Positions 11,701 through 26,744 of a DNA stretch of 64,000 bases are shown here, piece by piece. A program made the translations under genes and the position numbers. Where the stretch lies: NCBI GenBank assembly GCA_963754655.1, contig CAVWGN010000001.1:2432001-2496000 (forward strand), in the 5' to 3' direction. The DNA is from an uncultured Chlamydiae bacterium. Lineage in GTDB: Bacteria > Chlamydiota > Chlamydiia > Chlamydiales > Parachlamydiaceae. Each line of letters opens with the position of its first letter. Within the stretch, counting starts at the first letter, position 1. The notes beneath the pieces are model-generated. The model worked only from the letters and a program-made list of their open reading frames with translations, was not told the origin of the DNA and did no database searches.

Positions 11701-11909
11701 CAAAAAAAATTGTGAAGATTAAGTTTCTCAATGGAGACTCACATTATTCAAAACAAGAATTAGATTTTCTTCGGGAATGGTTCAAACAAGAAGGCGCAGA
11801 AAAAATGAAAACACTTTACCACAAATATATCTTGGCAGGATTCCCACAAAAGGCCATCCACTCTCAGGGCAGCGCTTTGGATCATCTCTTTAAGGAGGTG
11901 TGTCAATAA
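2736..11909 (+). CDS. Giant 3057-aa protein: N-terminal putative Cys-protease module and C-terminal DUF3638-like / SF2-type P-loop ATPase region
   Basis: Uninterrupted 9.2-kb ORF. N-terminal motifs GHSMYY..IYNLG..QRAGTC. C-terminal motifs MIMGSGKS, ILDEAD, GFTGT, TTGADI, QSVWRLRG. Confidence 0.8.
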   Translation: MNNSLFDGAYYLNHLDKVLSSISNSSVEGGKAKIKQAAKGVGTFISRNLNYVAGDKHWYDNTIAHQVIQYYLWEAKFDPAKNAQILAICQELEKVKDLPLIDKIQLDLAKKACRPLPDVSEKVLFHIHGDEFGLGSELEGAHLSDLLEYLEKFLTTRKESNLDLYQIDDELLEEIRSAMLLSFAFDAERATEKVQEKRKNMTLTYIRELPLEFLVKAKEKLSKAFETEKPILLPGGWIGKPSGHSMYYEVIPQKGGKRANLRIYNLGAGSNYHQTAVVKGKLKIAPYTEWTGIDKEKFLSDPFLKGMYETRKLSEDQGVSTEYNASDIYQALREFLNPKSILEEKDELKLMTGQRAGTCSYRSLLAFLATRMKREDFKRLTLDIQFHSLINRVNKASAPSQRELRLIKKSHQKLSRKTQKAYHQHIINKNDLKLYTEELSNLKTHVEDLQVHQKASTASSSKFLHDYQQPQETILTSLVGQEKLILDEQVKKGVEKPIPQHEVKYYLQLKELLKNDKRSLQERFDKASEICKEAFAQGAFQASTLAMNLLVQLDELKRVGSQDLNQIKLEVETPIPQPEVKYYLQLKELKNEKIALKERLEKAEKICQEALAHNAYHALELGMVELALSLPSRLDELRKVGGQDLNQMKNAISTLGRISQSFFNNCFWMPESENVHPRRLYVLIKLFWMQMSLAHQVEPKWKVCAYNLPSQDLLFNFCDFRFEKDFHQLKFDSYNDNLQYILNFQYQSDKDEPIGENAALVFEQKKQNYHQTMDAAYLFPELFPDIAKEFSKLAPHEQIAHLYASDQLPDWIKAIRNTHLALIYLKQEPIAKPPSTNAPLNFEFNVQDQRDKSQVWISVNGIDGNLQELYPEIKKMRQNPQDRFAGLYLPFSSSQSKMLFKAMQKYDWSMTYCEKDVVCDQSALYQLNLPDEEFKELMHIITGKTTGKQEALAFFQNHPEKLKDPDYQIFFKIFFLHTNFKSLIDEIKINDTFSDNLATFIENTYKHYRAQNELQTCVFLLQMAHEFSGYSPEKTFYKTTLTELRQLLSKVALEIEEKSLLYAELIAQISRKEELSEEEVKELLIGTVYLRQNPVIPKWLDPLTNMAVRDSVIIHSERILKALKTEKGANQVLLNEILHSIFPSAKEQQWNINQVGDQVEFISLNGRYRYMPLSRQFQEIDQETPLPLQVREHPYFRKFFPTIRQGMTYQGNIYRFTDSKGQETLVKLTENQLIIEQKRDGKWLRFVPSDQMVQKVDDILHSCLISRHLVHHFTHWQDPVDPTQIIMIDPLTHLTAYTAKVEGNQIVEIRREKDGARLGKSSHVLNHFEDDAYVQEWFNDAGKLIEIELPRFDLNFKFDSTHQHFICEQKKGYFLDFTRVETLGVFNHYLSLKNDQDKELVLIPKQEFQAPSKKEVLEPRYKINTQVALENREKQNFFTYEINGKKQIVSPTIESSLYLSQVLTLVQEYDTAAATLLKGGVKLSPYTENERKILEDLIALHEVNGDESGNALAIRSFASYCLVHNSITHQKELSQQTLKLVNVNYHKYLEHFSHATALHLEKAEEIFLLKLLLNQQFDPVLFVRLKQLDPEYAQTLTFKIEENLTPGKKEEEFNPFQGVNLEFNHNNSQPPNKENILVTRPGKIISKRLGYFFPLALQGTEEEKETLRNYLPFLKYESSGKYLGLALFLEIVLNYPQDFSLPPKNIGFLNEDFEEWQKTTLKQAHTHRQDLVFSELKEKDISLPKQEIAENPQIVNKFKQQKMDFALNLTPVPLFAKESEPYFTKAEPEEQQISSAKEMQKIVKLTLSELPKDIEPLEKAEWERIEKDLNDYASQQQVSTYFPKDKNSFQQLSDKINDKKSEIDSLLETKEVDILALANHMPIGKTEQELSKLEIWGKTRKVVTLEDLILCFGRKDLEAILKGNPALTLDEAKLLMSQIGDYLLQATLGQQLERSREILNELLQLSDTESEKLKNLIQKLAAVLPEAQRKYDPAQHPAYLVFEYASDILLFPKQIEILEAFLNGKDKNLVMEMIMGSGKSKVLLPLLGLLRANEKDLSMLIVPQFIFEDVASGTQKILGEAFAQKMKTLHFDRHTTSDILKLQLILDELLIVKKEQQCLIMTSQSVLCLILKYIEKCEAHFKKEDHTKPFSEELILLRKILNVLSSSGYPILDEADTLLNILHEKSFSIGEGRTPNKDEVQLISELYSLIYFDPDITNLAKTESDPKLNPNTSPLTEQIFFQKCQHLLAEKFLDRFSSIEFETKLIKEKVSSFVSSLTSEQKKLILDYLCRNEKNVKKSQAYYDKLDPDIQNLLALVSEELCHLLPYTLLKNSDEKYGLDEEKGGIIAIPFSAAKTPSRGSQFANAFITINYTFQIYAKKGISREIIEKEIKRLQGQAMKELQKDGHQGLEATDAWKLFALFSKGSKMSLFNYKEQELDALVTSINSESKKKQNFIQRIILPQLVLYDEKLSCNPLNLIAVLNKVIGFTGTLWNSKSMHRKLNPHPAKGTDGKTLSLLQKQSSTPVISVKANTTEELLTELYTKKIKFNLIADSGGYCREWSNERIAKHLAKQWNEPIVYYNKTGQQVETDGEKVILLTESKTPTDKRKTFLDQSRTTGADIPQALDAIGLVTIGENMLLRDLLQSVWRLRGLDKGQRIQFIVTEKVKEMINQELKKKEGEEISYKDILKFTIHNQVKQQAKDNFKTLKKELQSLPQMLLLQVLLHPDIPLEKQRLLYRELRSSWIQSTAQKPKELFGKIAIERDSKLVVEEEGKLCTSHLNSLFDKFPWLEEKGFKKSELLEDVESIIKRMENGLASKLISPQSEDDNTVEIEQELKTETEIEIQMESEFQEEKKQLGFIKKHSFKQVTALNDELFNETSKDLPYFSLKLYFQENPLFKPYANAFDGIELTLNVLQWPKKDSKVKDLQLFGPNRTPFHFVSLQNGHALLLSQIDTDQMFQQIFQAGLYHLKNGILKKKDQSLVTPEMAKKIVKIKFLNGDSHYSKQELDFLREWFKQEGAEKMKTLYHKYILAGFPQKAIHSQGSALDHLFKEVCQ

Positions 11910-11995
11910 TTAATATCAACCATGGTCTAATATTGTAAGCTGAGATTCCCTGCATCAGCAGCCTGAAGGACTGTAAGTGCAATAGACCAGGACTA

Positions 11996-12689
11996 GGGTG
12001 TTCATTTTGTGCAAAAAATGAGCTTTATTTTTCACAATAATTGGCATAGTTGAATTGAAGGTCGCATGTTTATGCCGTCCTTTCAGGACTCGATGTCTTT
12101 TTGATAGAACCCAGGCCTCCGCTTCGCTGCGACCTGGGCTGTAACATGACGGCCCTTCAGGCCTTAACAAGAGTTGTTTAAGTCCCTCTTCTATAGTCCC
12201 TAAATCATCTTTTTGATAGAACTCAGGCCTCCGCTTCGCTGCGACCTGGGCTGTAACATGACGGCCCTTCAGGCCCTTAACAAGAGAGATTTAATTCTCT
12301 ATAGTCCATAAATAGTCCTTTTGTTAAGGCTTAAAGGGCCGGCCCTTCAAGCCTTAACAAGAGAGGTTTAAGTCCCTCTTCTATAGTCCCTAAATCATCT
12401 TTTTGTTAAGGCCTGAAGGGCCGTCATGTTACAGCCCAGGTCGCAGCGAAGCGGAGGCCTGGGTTCTATCAAAAAGATGATTTAGGGACTATAGAAGAGG
12501 GACTTAAACATCTCTTGTTAAGGCCTGAAGGGCCGTCATGTTACAGCCCAGGTCGCAGCGAAGCGGAGGCCTGGGTTCTATCAAAAAGACATCGAGTCCT
12601 GAAAGGACGGCATAAACATGCGACCTTCTATTCAACTATGCCAATTATTGTGAAAAATAAAGCTCATTTTTTGCACAAAATGAACACCC
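11996..12689. mobile_element. Fold-back MITE-like element built from REP-like modules (copy 1)
   Basis: Termini GGGTGTTCATTTTGTGC...GCACAAAATGAACACCC with TA on both sides. Arms ~11996-12283 and ~12403-12689 are near-perfect inverted repeats. Confidence 0.85.
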
Positions 12690-12906
12690 TAGACCAAGGC
12701 AACAGCCCATACGCATCAAGCTAAGAATGAGTGCTAGGCTAAGCGACGTCTTCAGTTATTTGGTGTTCTTTTTGAGAAGCAAGATATTTTTTTCTCCTTC
12801 TAGAGCTAATGTAGATAGAAAATCCTCCATTCTCTTGCGAAGCGAAATCACTCCTTTGAGTATGCCGTCCTTTCAGGACTCGATTCTTTTTTATTTTACC
12901 CAGGCC

Positions 12907-14752
12907 TGGGATGAGAAAACGAGGGCTAAAAACCGATTTTTACACAGCTAAAATCGCTAACGGTTCTGGTTCCAATTTATTTGATTTTATAGTAAGTTCA
13001 ATGACATCTGAATTTACTTTGCCCAAACTCAAAACTTCTTTTCGTTTTGCTAAATCCGTTTTGCCAATCCATGTTTCTTCCCATTCCTCCAACATTTCGA
13101 CTGACACCGTTTCTAAAGCCTCTTGTAAGATATCACAATTATTTTCCCCAACCATTCCTGCAAGACTTAGGATACTTTTAGTTATACTAGATGTCGCTTT
13201 GGTTCTCTCTACTATTATTTTCTGTCTTCCTATCAAAGACTCTATTCCTTCGCTGCTTCCCACTAACACCTGTCCCTTGGATAGCACTCTACCTTCCTGT
13301 TTCAAAAAATAAAAAATCTCTTTTGCCAAATGTAGTGCTTCTGGTTTCAAACTTCTAAAGTGAAGTCTTGCTTTAAGAAAAAAAGTCGCATAGCTTCGTC
13401 TATGAAGACCTTCAGTTCTTACTAAATGCCTTGCCAAACGAATGATTTCTATCATCTGAGCATATTTTTCAATGACTTCTTCGAAATCGACTATCCAACC
13501 AGCTTTATCTTTTAATCTATTTATATCTAAATGGGGAATCGTCTCTTGCATTTGAAGAAGGTTTAAAATATCTTGTAGCCAATCAATTAAAATATCAGCA
13601 TTCATGAATCGCGCTTTTTCTCTTTGTTTGGGAGGGCTCAAAAAAGCCTCTGGACTCTGTTTTGTCTTTTGTTTTGTATCTGTAATCAATTGAATTATGT
13701 GTTTCCAAGTATCATCTTTTTCCAGTTCCTTTTTTAATAGAATTGCTAGTTTATGGACCACATCATAGGTGTTTATTGTTTTTTCATGGTTTTGGCAATA
13801 TAGTCTTACACCTTTATTTACATCACTGCCATGATCTGCCACTATCTGCAGAAATGGGCCAATTTTTTCCGATATTTCTTCTAAAACATGCGCAACTTTT
13901 TCACCAGTTGATGAATTCATGGGTTGTAGCGCTAGTGGTTGGAAATCTTCATGATGAATATCAAAGCTGCCCCTTTTTTCAAACTTACTTTGTAATGTAC
14001 TTAATTGAACTCCAAGAACTATTAAGCACTTTTGGTAACCAGCTTGAACTTTAAAATCAACAAGGATAATCCAATCTGAAGCCTTTTCCTTAGCCTTTAT
14101 AAGCTTGTAAAGCCCATATCGTAAAAACCACAATTCGACGCTTTTCCATGAAGGCTGGAAATTGAAATATTTAAATATTGGAATGTTACAACTCTGCATG
14201 GAGATGAAAATTCGCTGAATCGCTCTAAATGCTATTGCAGCTAATGCAAGTGAAATCACAAAAAATATAAATAATATAGGATATTGATGTCGAGCGACCC
14301 TTCGATTGTTGCTAATTTCTTGCTCAATTATTGCACAAGCTTTTTTTTTAATTCATCAATTTGCTTGTCTTTGATTTTACTTTTCTCTTCCACCTCTTCT
14401 AATCTCGACTGAAGGCATTTTATCTGTTTGTTTAATGCCAAGATATTATCTTGTTCCTTTTGTAGCCTTTCTCCTAATCGTTTCTTATCAGTCATTAGAG
14501 CTTGAATCTTAGTTCTTTTTTCTGCGTTTCTTTGCTTCCATTCATCACGACTTTCCTGGTAATGCTTCACTTGTTTACGTATATCTGAAGGACGCTCATG
14601 CTTTTGAGTGCTTTTTGAATCCATTTTATGCCTCATCTAATTTTGAGCAATCAATTATAAAAGCCTCTTTTTAAAAAGCCAAGCGAATTTAAAATAGGAG
14701 GAAAAGCGTTCTAATAATTAGTTGTTAAATATTTTTTTGTTTTCTCATCCCA
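12907..14752 (-). mobile_element. Insertion sequence with an unclassified DDE transposase (Mutator/IS256-superfamily-like), inserted in a REP unit
   Basis: 14-bp TIRs TGGGATGAGAAAAC / GTTTTCTCATCCCA. 9-bp direct repeat ACCCAGGCC at 12898-12906 and 14753-14761. Confidence 0.9.
12940..14636 (-). CDS. Transposase in two overlapping ORFs (OrfA 14328-14636, coiled-coil; OrfB frame open 12940-14352), probably joined by a -1 frameshift
   Basis: Slippery TTA AAA AAA AAG at ~14340-14351. OrfB has LVDFKVQ, IVADHGSD, YDVVH and GSSEGIESLIG motifs. It lies between the TIRs. Confidence 0.75.
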
Positions 14753-14810
14753 ACCCAGGCCTCCGCTTCGCTGCGACCTGGGCTGTAACATGACGGCCCT
14801 TCAGGCCTAA
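14753..14810. repeat. Remainder of the REP-like unit interrupted by the IS (left part at ~12862-12906)
   Basis: acccaggcctccgcttcgctgcgacctgggctgtaacatgacggcccttcaggcct is identical to units in the 11996-12689 element. Confidence 0.9.
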
Positions 14811-14903
14811 CGACAGAGCTCTTATCTAATTCAAAAAACTTATCTTCCTGGTCTAGGAATGTGGGATTTATCTACTCTTCCCTTTCTTTTTTCTTTTGAT
14901 AGA

Positions 14904-14932
14904 TTGACAAATGTTTCGCTTTCGATTAGATA
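14904..14932 (+). promoter_or_regulatory. Putative sigma66 (sigma70-type) promoter
   Basis: TTGACA-N17-TAGATA upstream of the 14970 ORF, which has an AAGGAAG SD. Confidence 0.45.
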
Positions 14933-14969
14933 GGAATAAGATAAGAAATATTCACTAAAAGGAAGCATT

Positions 14970-15236
14970 ATGGATGAAAACATGCCCGGACCAGAAATAG
15001 GGACAACACAATCAGTGATCCTTATGCTTTTAGCTATTTTACTTACGATTATTCCGTTTTGGCGTATTTTTTCAAAAGCGGGTTATTCCGGCTGGTTTAG
15101 CATTTTGATGATTATTCCATTTGTTAATCTCATTGCTTTATATTTCTTGGCATTTGCTAACTGGCCGGTTTTAAGAGCGAAGGAAACTTTGCCAAGTATG
15201 ACAGACTCTAAATTTCCACCTTCTACAATGACATGA
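14970..15236 (+). CDS. Small membrane protein
   Basis: Two hydrophobic segments and an IFSKAGYSGWFSILMIIPFVN..F..WP motif common in small bacterial membrane proteins. SD present. Confidence 0.75.
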   Translation: MDENMPGPEIGTTQSVILMLLAILLTIIPFWRIFSKAGYSGWFSILMIIPFVNLIALYFLAFANWPVLRAKETLPSMTDSKFPPSTMT

Positions 15237-15522
15237 TTACAAGGAAGATTCGTTCTACCCAACATCTTTTTGGCTGTCTCTACCCAATTGTCTCCATGTT
15301 GATTTACAAGTTTTGTCAATTGCTCATCTTCTTCTTCCGTCCATTTTTCATGTTTGATAGCGGGGTTTAAAGTCCCTCTTATAGCGTTGACGACACTCTC
15401 AATGGCACATTTTCAGCATCTGTCCATTTTTTCTTGGACTTTCTCATAGAATGTATTTCCGCACTATGAATAGACGGTACGCTCACTTGTTCAGTATAAG
15501 AATTTGAAATGCCTATATTCAT
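15237..15522 (-). pseudogene. Decayed paralog of the Myb-repeat protein
   Basis: ATG at 15522 gives MNIGISNSYTEQVSVPSIHSAEIHSMRKSKKKWTDAE. Another frame then gives TLNPAIKHEKWTEEEDEQLTKLVNQHGDNWVETAKKMLGRT. Both match the 34266-35666 protein. Confidence 0.8.
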
Positions 15523-15698
15523 GCTACCTCTCTTAAAATTTCATACATGATTTATAAATAAAAATAAATTTCATTATTAATTAAACTCCAATATCAATTA
15601 AAATAAAAATCTTAAGTTTACTTTAATAATAAAATAAGGTATAATTTAGTTGTTTCTAATAATAAAGCTATAAATTAAAAAAAAGGAATAATAAAAAT

Positions 15699-16103
15699 AT
15701 GGAACTTTCTAAATTAGGTAATACTGTTAGTGCATCGATAAGTCTGAGCAATATAGCTATTAAAGCTGGAGTAGGTTATTTATCCGTATTGGCTTTTACA
15801 AATATCAATCCAGTGATTGGTGCTGTTTTTGGAGTCACCTATGGAATCGCAAGTGCTGGATTGGATCCTGTTTTTAATGCTAAACATTCGACTCCTGCAA
15901 GCCAACTTCTGGGGACCGCGCTCAAAATTGCAATTTCAGCCCAAGTGACGATGTTAATTTTAGGAACGACTCTAAGCCTTAAAACAACCTTAGCTGTTAG
16001 CCTCGCAGTTCTAGTGGTAGCTCCTGTAGTTGCAACAGCCCTTCTTGTGTTAGCAAGCGTAGTAGGCTGCGCTGCCGCGATTGCGTTAAGAAACCGTGCT
16101 TAA
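15699..16103 (+). CDS. Hydrophobic hypothetical membrane protein (Inc-like candidate)
   Basis: 134 aa with a long C-terminal hydrophobic stretch, AAGGA SD and an AT-rich upstream region. Confidence 0.7.
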   Translation: MELSKLGNTVSASISLSNIAIKAGVGYLSVLAFTNINPVIGAVFGVTYGIASAGLDPVFNAKHSTPASQLLGTALKIAISAQVTMLILGTTLSLKTTLAVSLAVLVVAPVVATALLVLASVVGCAAAIALRNRA

Positions 16104-16233
16104 TTAATTTCTAAGAGGAGGATTTCTCCTCCTTCTTTTTTTCTATACACTTAAAATAAAATAGGTTTGGCTGTCTTTGTTTTAAAACAAATCTTAATCT
16201 TTCCTCTTCTATAACGACAGAATGGGAAATAGA

Positions 16234-16311
16234 TTAAATATGTTTAGGAGGCCATTCCTGTTCTTTGTCTTGCGGTTTGCCGCACTCAGAGCAAGAATAA
16301 ATGTATTCCAT
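16234..16311 (-). CDS. Possible 25-aa small ORF with CxxC (MEYIYSCSECGKPQDKEQEWPPKHI)
   Basis: Translated by hand. AAGGAATAAC precedes the ATG. Below the ORF-track cutoff. Confidence 0.3.
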   Translation of the reverse strand: MEYIYSCSECGKPQDKEQEWPPKHI

Positions 16312-16322
16312 GTTATTCCTTT

Positions 16323-16359
16323 AAAAAAAAGCGCATAGACTGGTTAAAGATCTATGCGC
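16323..16359 (-). terminator. Intrinsic terminator after rpoC
   Basis: Stem GCGCATAGA/TCTATGCGC followed by a U8 tract on the minus strand. Confidence 0.75.
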
Positions 16360-16370
16360 GAGAAAAGAGT

Positions 16371-20569
<4,199 letters not shown>

Positions 20570-20692
20570 GTATGTCTCCTAAAAAATAAGTTTAAATTAT
20601 TAGACGATGTAATTTTTTCTTTCACAAGTCAGCAAGGAACCAACCTCCATTTGAGGCTGGTCCCTTTGTCGGTCGGCAAATCGTCTTTACTG

Positions 20693-24462
<3,770 letters not shown>

Positions 24463-25044
24463 TATGAAGGACTCCTACTATGGCTTTACTTGAGACGATA
24501 TAGATAAAAGACTCTCGATATTTTTCTTTAAATATCGTTTGCTCTACCCTTGCAATTCCTGTCTTAAAAAAAACAATGGATAAATGAAAGGCAAAGCTGC
24601 ATTTTTTTAAATCTTGAATTTTGAGAGATGGGCGACAAACTGCGTCCAGCTTTCAAAAGCCAACATTGCTCTTAAAATTAAAAAATCGATCCAAAAATAA
24701 ACGGAAAAAAATTGTGTTGCGCTAAATGAATGAGGGAAAAATGTGTACTCTATCGAGACCCTATTCGTCATTATTACAAAAAGCCTTTAAAAAATCAAGT
24801 AAAATTTTAACACAAGACTAAAGGGGTACAATCGAAAGTGTGAGCTAATAAGGAACATAAAAAAATAAAGAAACAACATCTTTTATGGCTATATGAGTTT
24901 TTGCGTATGTGGACTGCTTGAAAACTCATGTAAACGAGTACGAAATCTTTATATTCCTTATTAGCCAACACTATCGATTGCAACCCCACCAAAAATGGCA
25001 GAAGTTGATCTCCCTTTTTGGTTGAATGACTTAAAGAGCAGTGA

Positions 25045-25440
25045 TTAAAGTCCCTTTAATGTGACTTTTCCACCAGCAGTTTCGATTTTCTTTTTGATAT
25101 CTTCAGCTTCGGCCTTTGGAGCTGTTGCTTTAAGTTCTTTAGGTGCTGCTTCAACAAGTTCTTTGGCTTCTTTCAAACCAAGACCTGTAATTTCACGTAC
25201 CACCTTAATAATGCCGATTTTCTTGTCAGCTGGGGAGTCTGTCAAAGTGACTTGGAAATCGGTTGACTCAGCAGCAGCTGGAGCAGCAGCACCTGCAGCA
25301 GGTGCAGCGGCAGCCATCATAGTAGGAGCAGCAGCCTTAACACCCCATTTTTCTTCTAGAAGCGTCTTCAATTCGGCCATCTCTAAAACTGTCAATTCAC
25401 TCAATGAATTGACTAAGTCTTCTGTTTTCTTGTTACTCAC
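25045..25440 (-). CDS. rplL: 50S ribosomal protein L7/L12
   Basis: [24 protein letters not shown] and an Ala-rich hinge. Confidence 0.97.
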   Translation of the reverse strand: MSNKKTEDLVNSLSELTVLEMAELKTLLEEKWGVKAAAPTMMAAAAPAAGAAAPAAAESTDFQVTLTDSPADKKIGIIKVVREITGLGLKEAKELVEAAPKELKATAPKAEAEDIKKKIETAGGKVTLKGL

Positions 25441-25499
25441 GGTATTACCTCTTAATTTCTAAAAACTTGTGTTAATAAATCTTGTGAATCGATTCCACC

Positions 25500-26021
25500 T
25501 TACTCGGCTTTTTCCTCTTTGCTTTTGTTGTCTAAGCAATAAGGAACGCTCGCCAATAAGGCTTCGATGACTGCCAATGTCTGAGAAAGTGGAGCTTCGA
25601 ATATGCTGAGTAATTGAGCTCGCATTTCGTTCTTTCCTGGCAAGTTCGATAAACGTTCAACGTCAGCGCCCGAGTACAGTTGACCATCAAAACGTCCGCC
25701 AATCACTCGAATCACTTTCTCGCGATTTTGACCGAACTTGATCACTGCTTTTGTTGATTCAATCGCATCTTGTCCCAGAAACACAATTCCAACGTGCCCA
25801 GGCAAAGAGGAAAGATCAAGCTGAACACCCGCATCTTCGGCTGCCTTCAATAAAACGCGCTTGCGAACCATTTCGACATCGCCACCTATCTTGCCCATTT
25901 CACGGCGAAAATCATTAGCCGTATTGGCACTTAAGCCAAAATGTTGCATGATGACGAATGACCCGAAACGTTCGAGTTTATCTTTAATTTCTTGTTTAAG
26001 GAGACTTTTTTCTGCTCTCAT
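25500..26021 (-). CDS. rplJ: 50S ribosomal protein L10
   Basis: Position between rplA and rplL. LPGKNEMRAQLL motif. Confidence 0.93.
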   Translation of the reverse strand: MRAEKSLLKQEIKDKLERFGSFVIMQHFGLSANTANDFRREMGKIGGDVEMVRKRVLLKAAEDAGVQLDLSSLPGHVGIVFLGQDAIESTKAVIKFGQNREKVIRVIGGRFDGQLYSGADVERLSNLPGKNEMRAQLLSIFEAPLSQTLAVIEALLASVPYCLDNKSKEEKAE

Positions 26022-26035
26022 AATTCATTTACTCC

Positions 26036-26734
26036 TTAAGCTAAATCTTGTTCGCGTAAATCGATTTTTAGACCAGGCCCCATGGTAGAAGAAATAACCA
26101 AGGATTTCAGATAATGACCTTTTGCAGAGGCTGGTTTGGCGCGCTGAATTGCAGTGAGAAACACTTGAATGTTTTGCACGAGCTTGTCGGCATCAAAAGA
26201 GAGTTTTCCCACTCCATTATTGATCACACCATGACGATCGAGTTTAAACTCAATTTTACCACCCTTTAATTCTTGAACAGCTTTGGCAATATCTGTTGTG
26301 ACCGTTCCAGCTTTAGGTGTTGGCATAAGACCCCGGGGTCCTAAAACTTTACCTAATTTACCTACATCGCGCATCATATCGGGTGTTGCAATGACAGCAT
26401 CAAAATCTGTCCAACCCCCGTTAACTTTCTCAAAAAGCTCTTCGTGACCCGCATAATCGGCCCCAGCGGCTAAGGCTTCTTTAACCTTATCCCCTTTCGC
26501 GAAAACGAGAATTTTCATCGTTTTACCTGTTCCATTCGGTAATGAAACAGTTCCGCGAACTCCTTGGTCCGATCGACGAGGATCTACGCCAAGCTTCAAA
26601 GAAACTTCCACTGTCTGATTAAACTTGACAGTTGGACATGTCTTGAGAATATCGATAGCTTCTTTAACGCTATATGTTTTTTGAACATCTAGCGTTTTGG
26701 CTATCTCCCGAATTCTTTTACTTGGACGACCCAT
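26036..26734 (-). CDS. rplA: 50S ribosomal protein L1
   Basis: [15 protein letters not shown] and ISSTMGPG. Start is likely MGRPSKR at 26734. Confidence 0.97.
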   Translation of the reverse strand: MGRPSKRIREIAKTLDVQKTYSVKEAIDILKTCPTVKFNQTVEVSLKLGVDPRRSDQGVRGTVSLPNGTGKTMKILVFAKGDKVKEALAAGADYAGHEELFEKVNGGWTDFDAVIATPDMMRDVGKLGKVLGPRGLMPTPKAGTVTTDIAKAVQELKGGKIEFKLDRHGVINNGVGKLSFDADKLVQNIQVFLTAIQRAKPASAKGHYLKSLVISSTMGPGLKIDLREQDLA

Positions 26735-26744
26735 ATTGTTTTCT

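Noticed and set aside
12100..12610. CRISPR-like appearance of repeat-linker-repeat clusters
   Set aside because: The linkers are themselves repeated, the units occur in both orientations, and no cas genes are present.
11955..12724. Four similar short ORFs containing LRPEGPSCYSPGRSEAEAW (11955, 12515, 50045, 51363)
   Set aside because: They are translations of the repeat arms in both orientations, with different starts and C-termini and no SD. Not treated as genes.
12911..14054. Plus-strand ORFs inside the first IS, and similar shadow ORFs opposite rpoBC, tuf, Hsp70 and tyrS
   Set aside because: They are antisense or alternate-frame shadows of well-supported genes.
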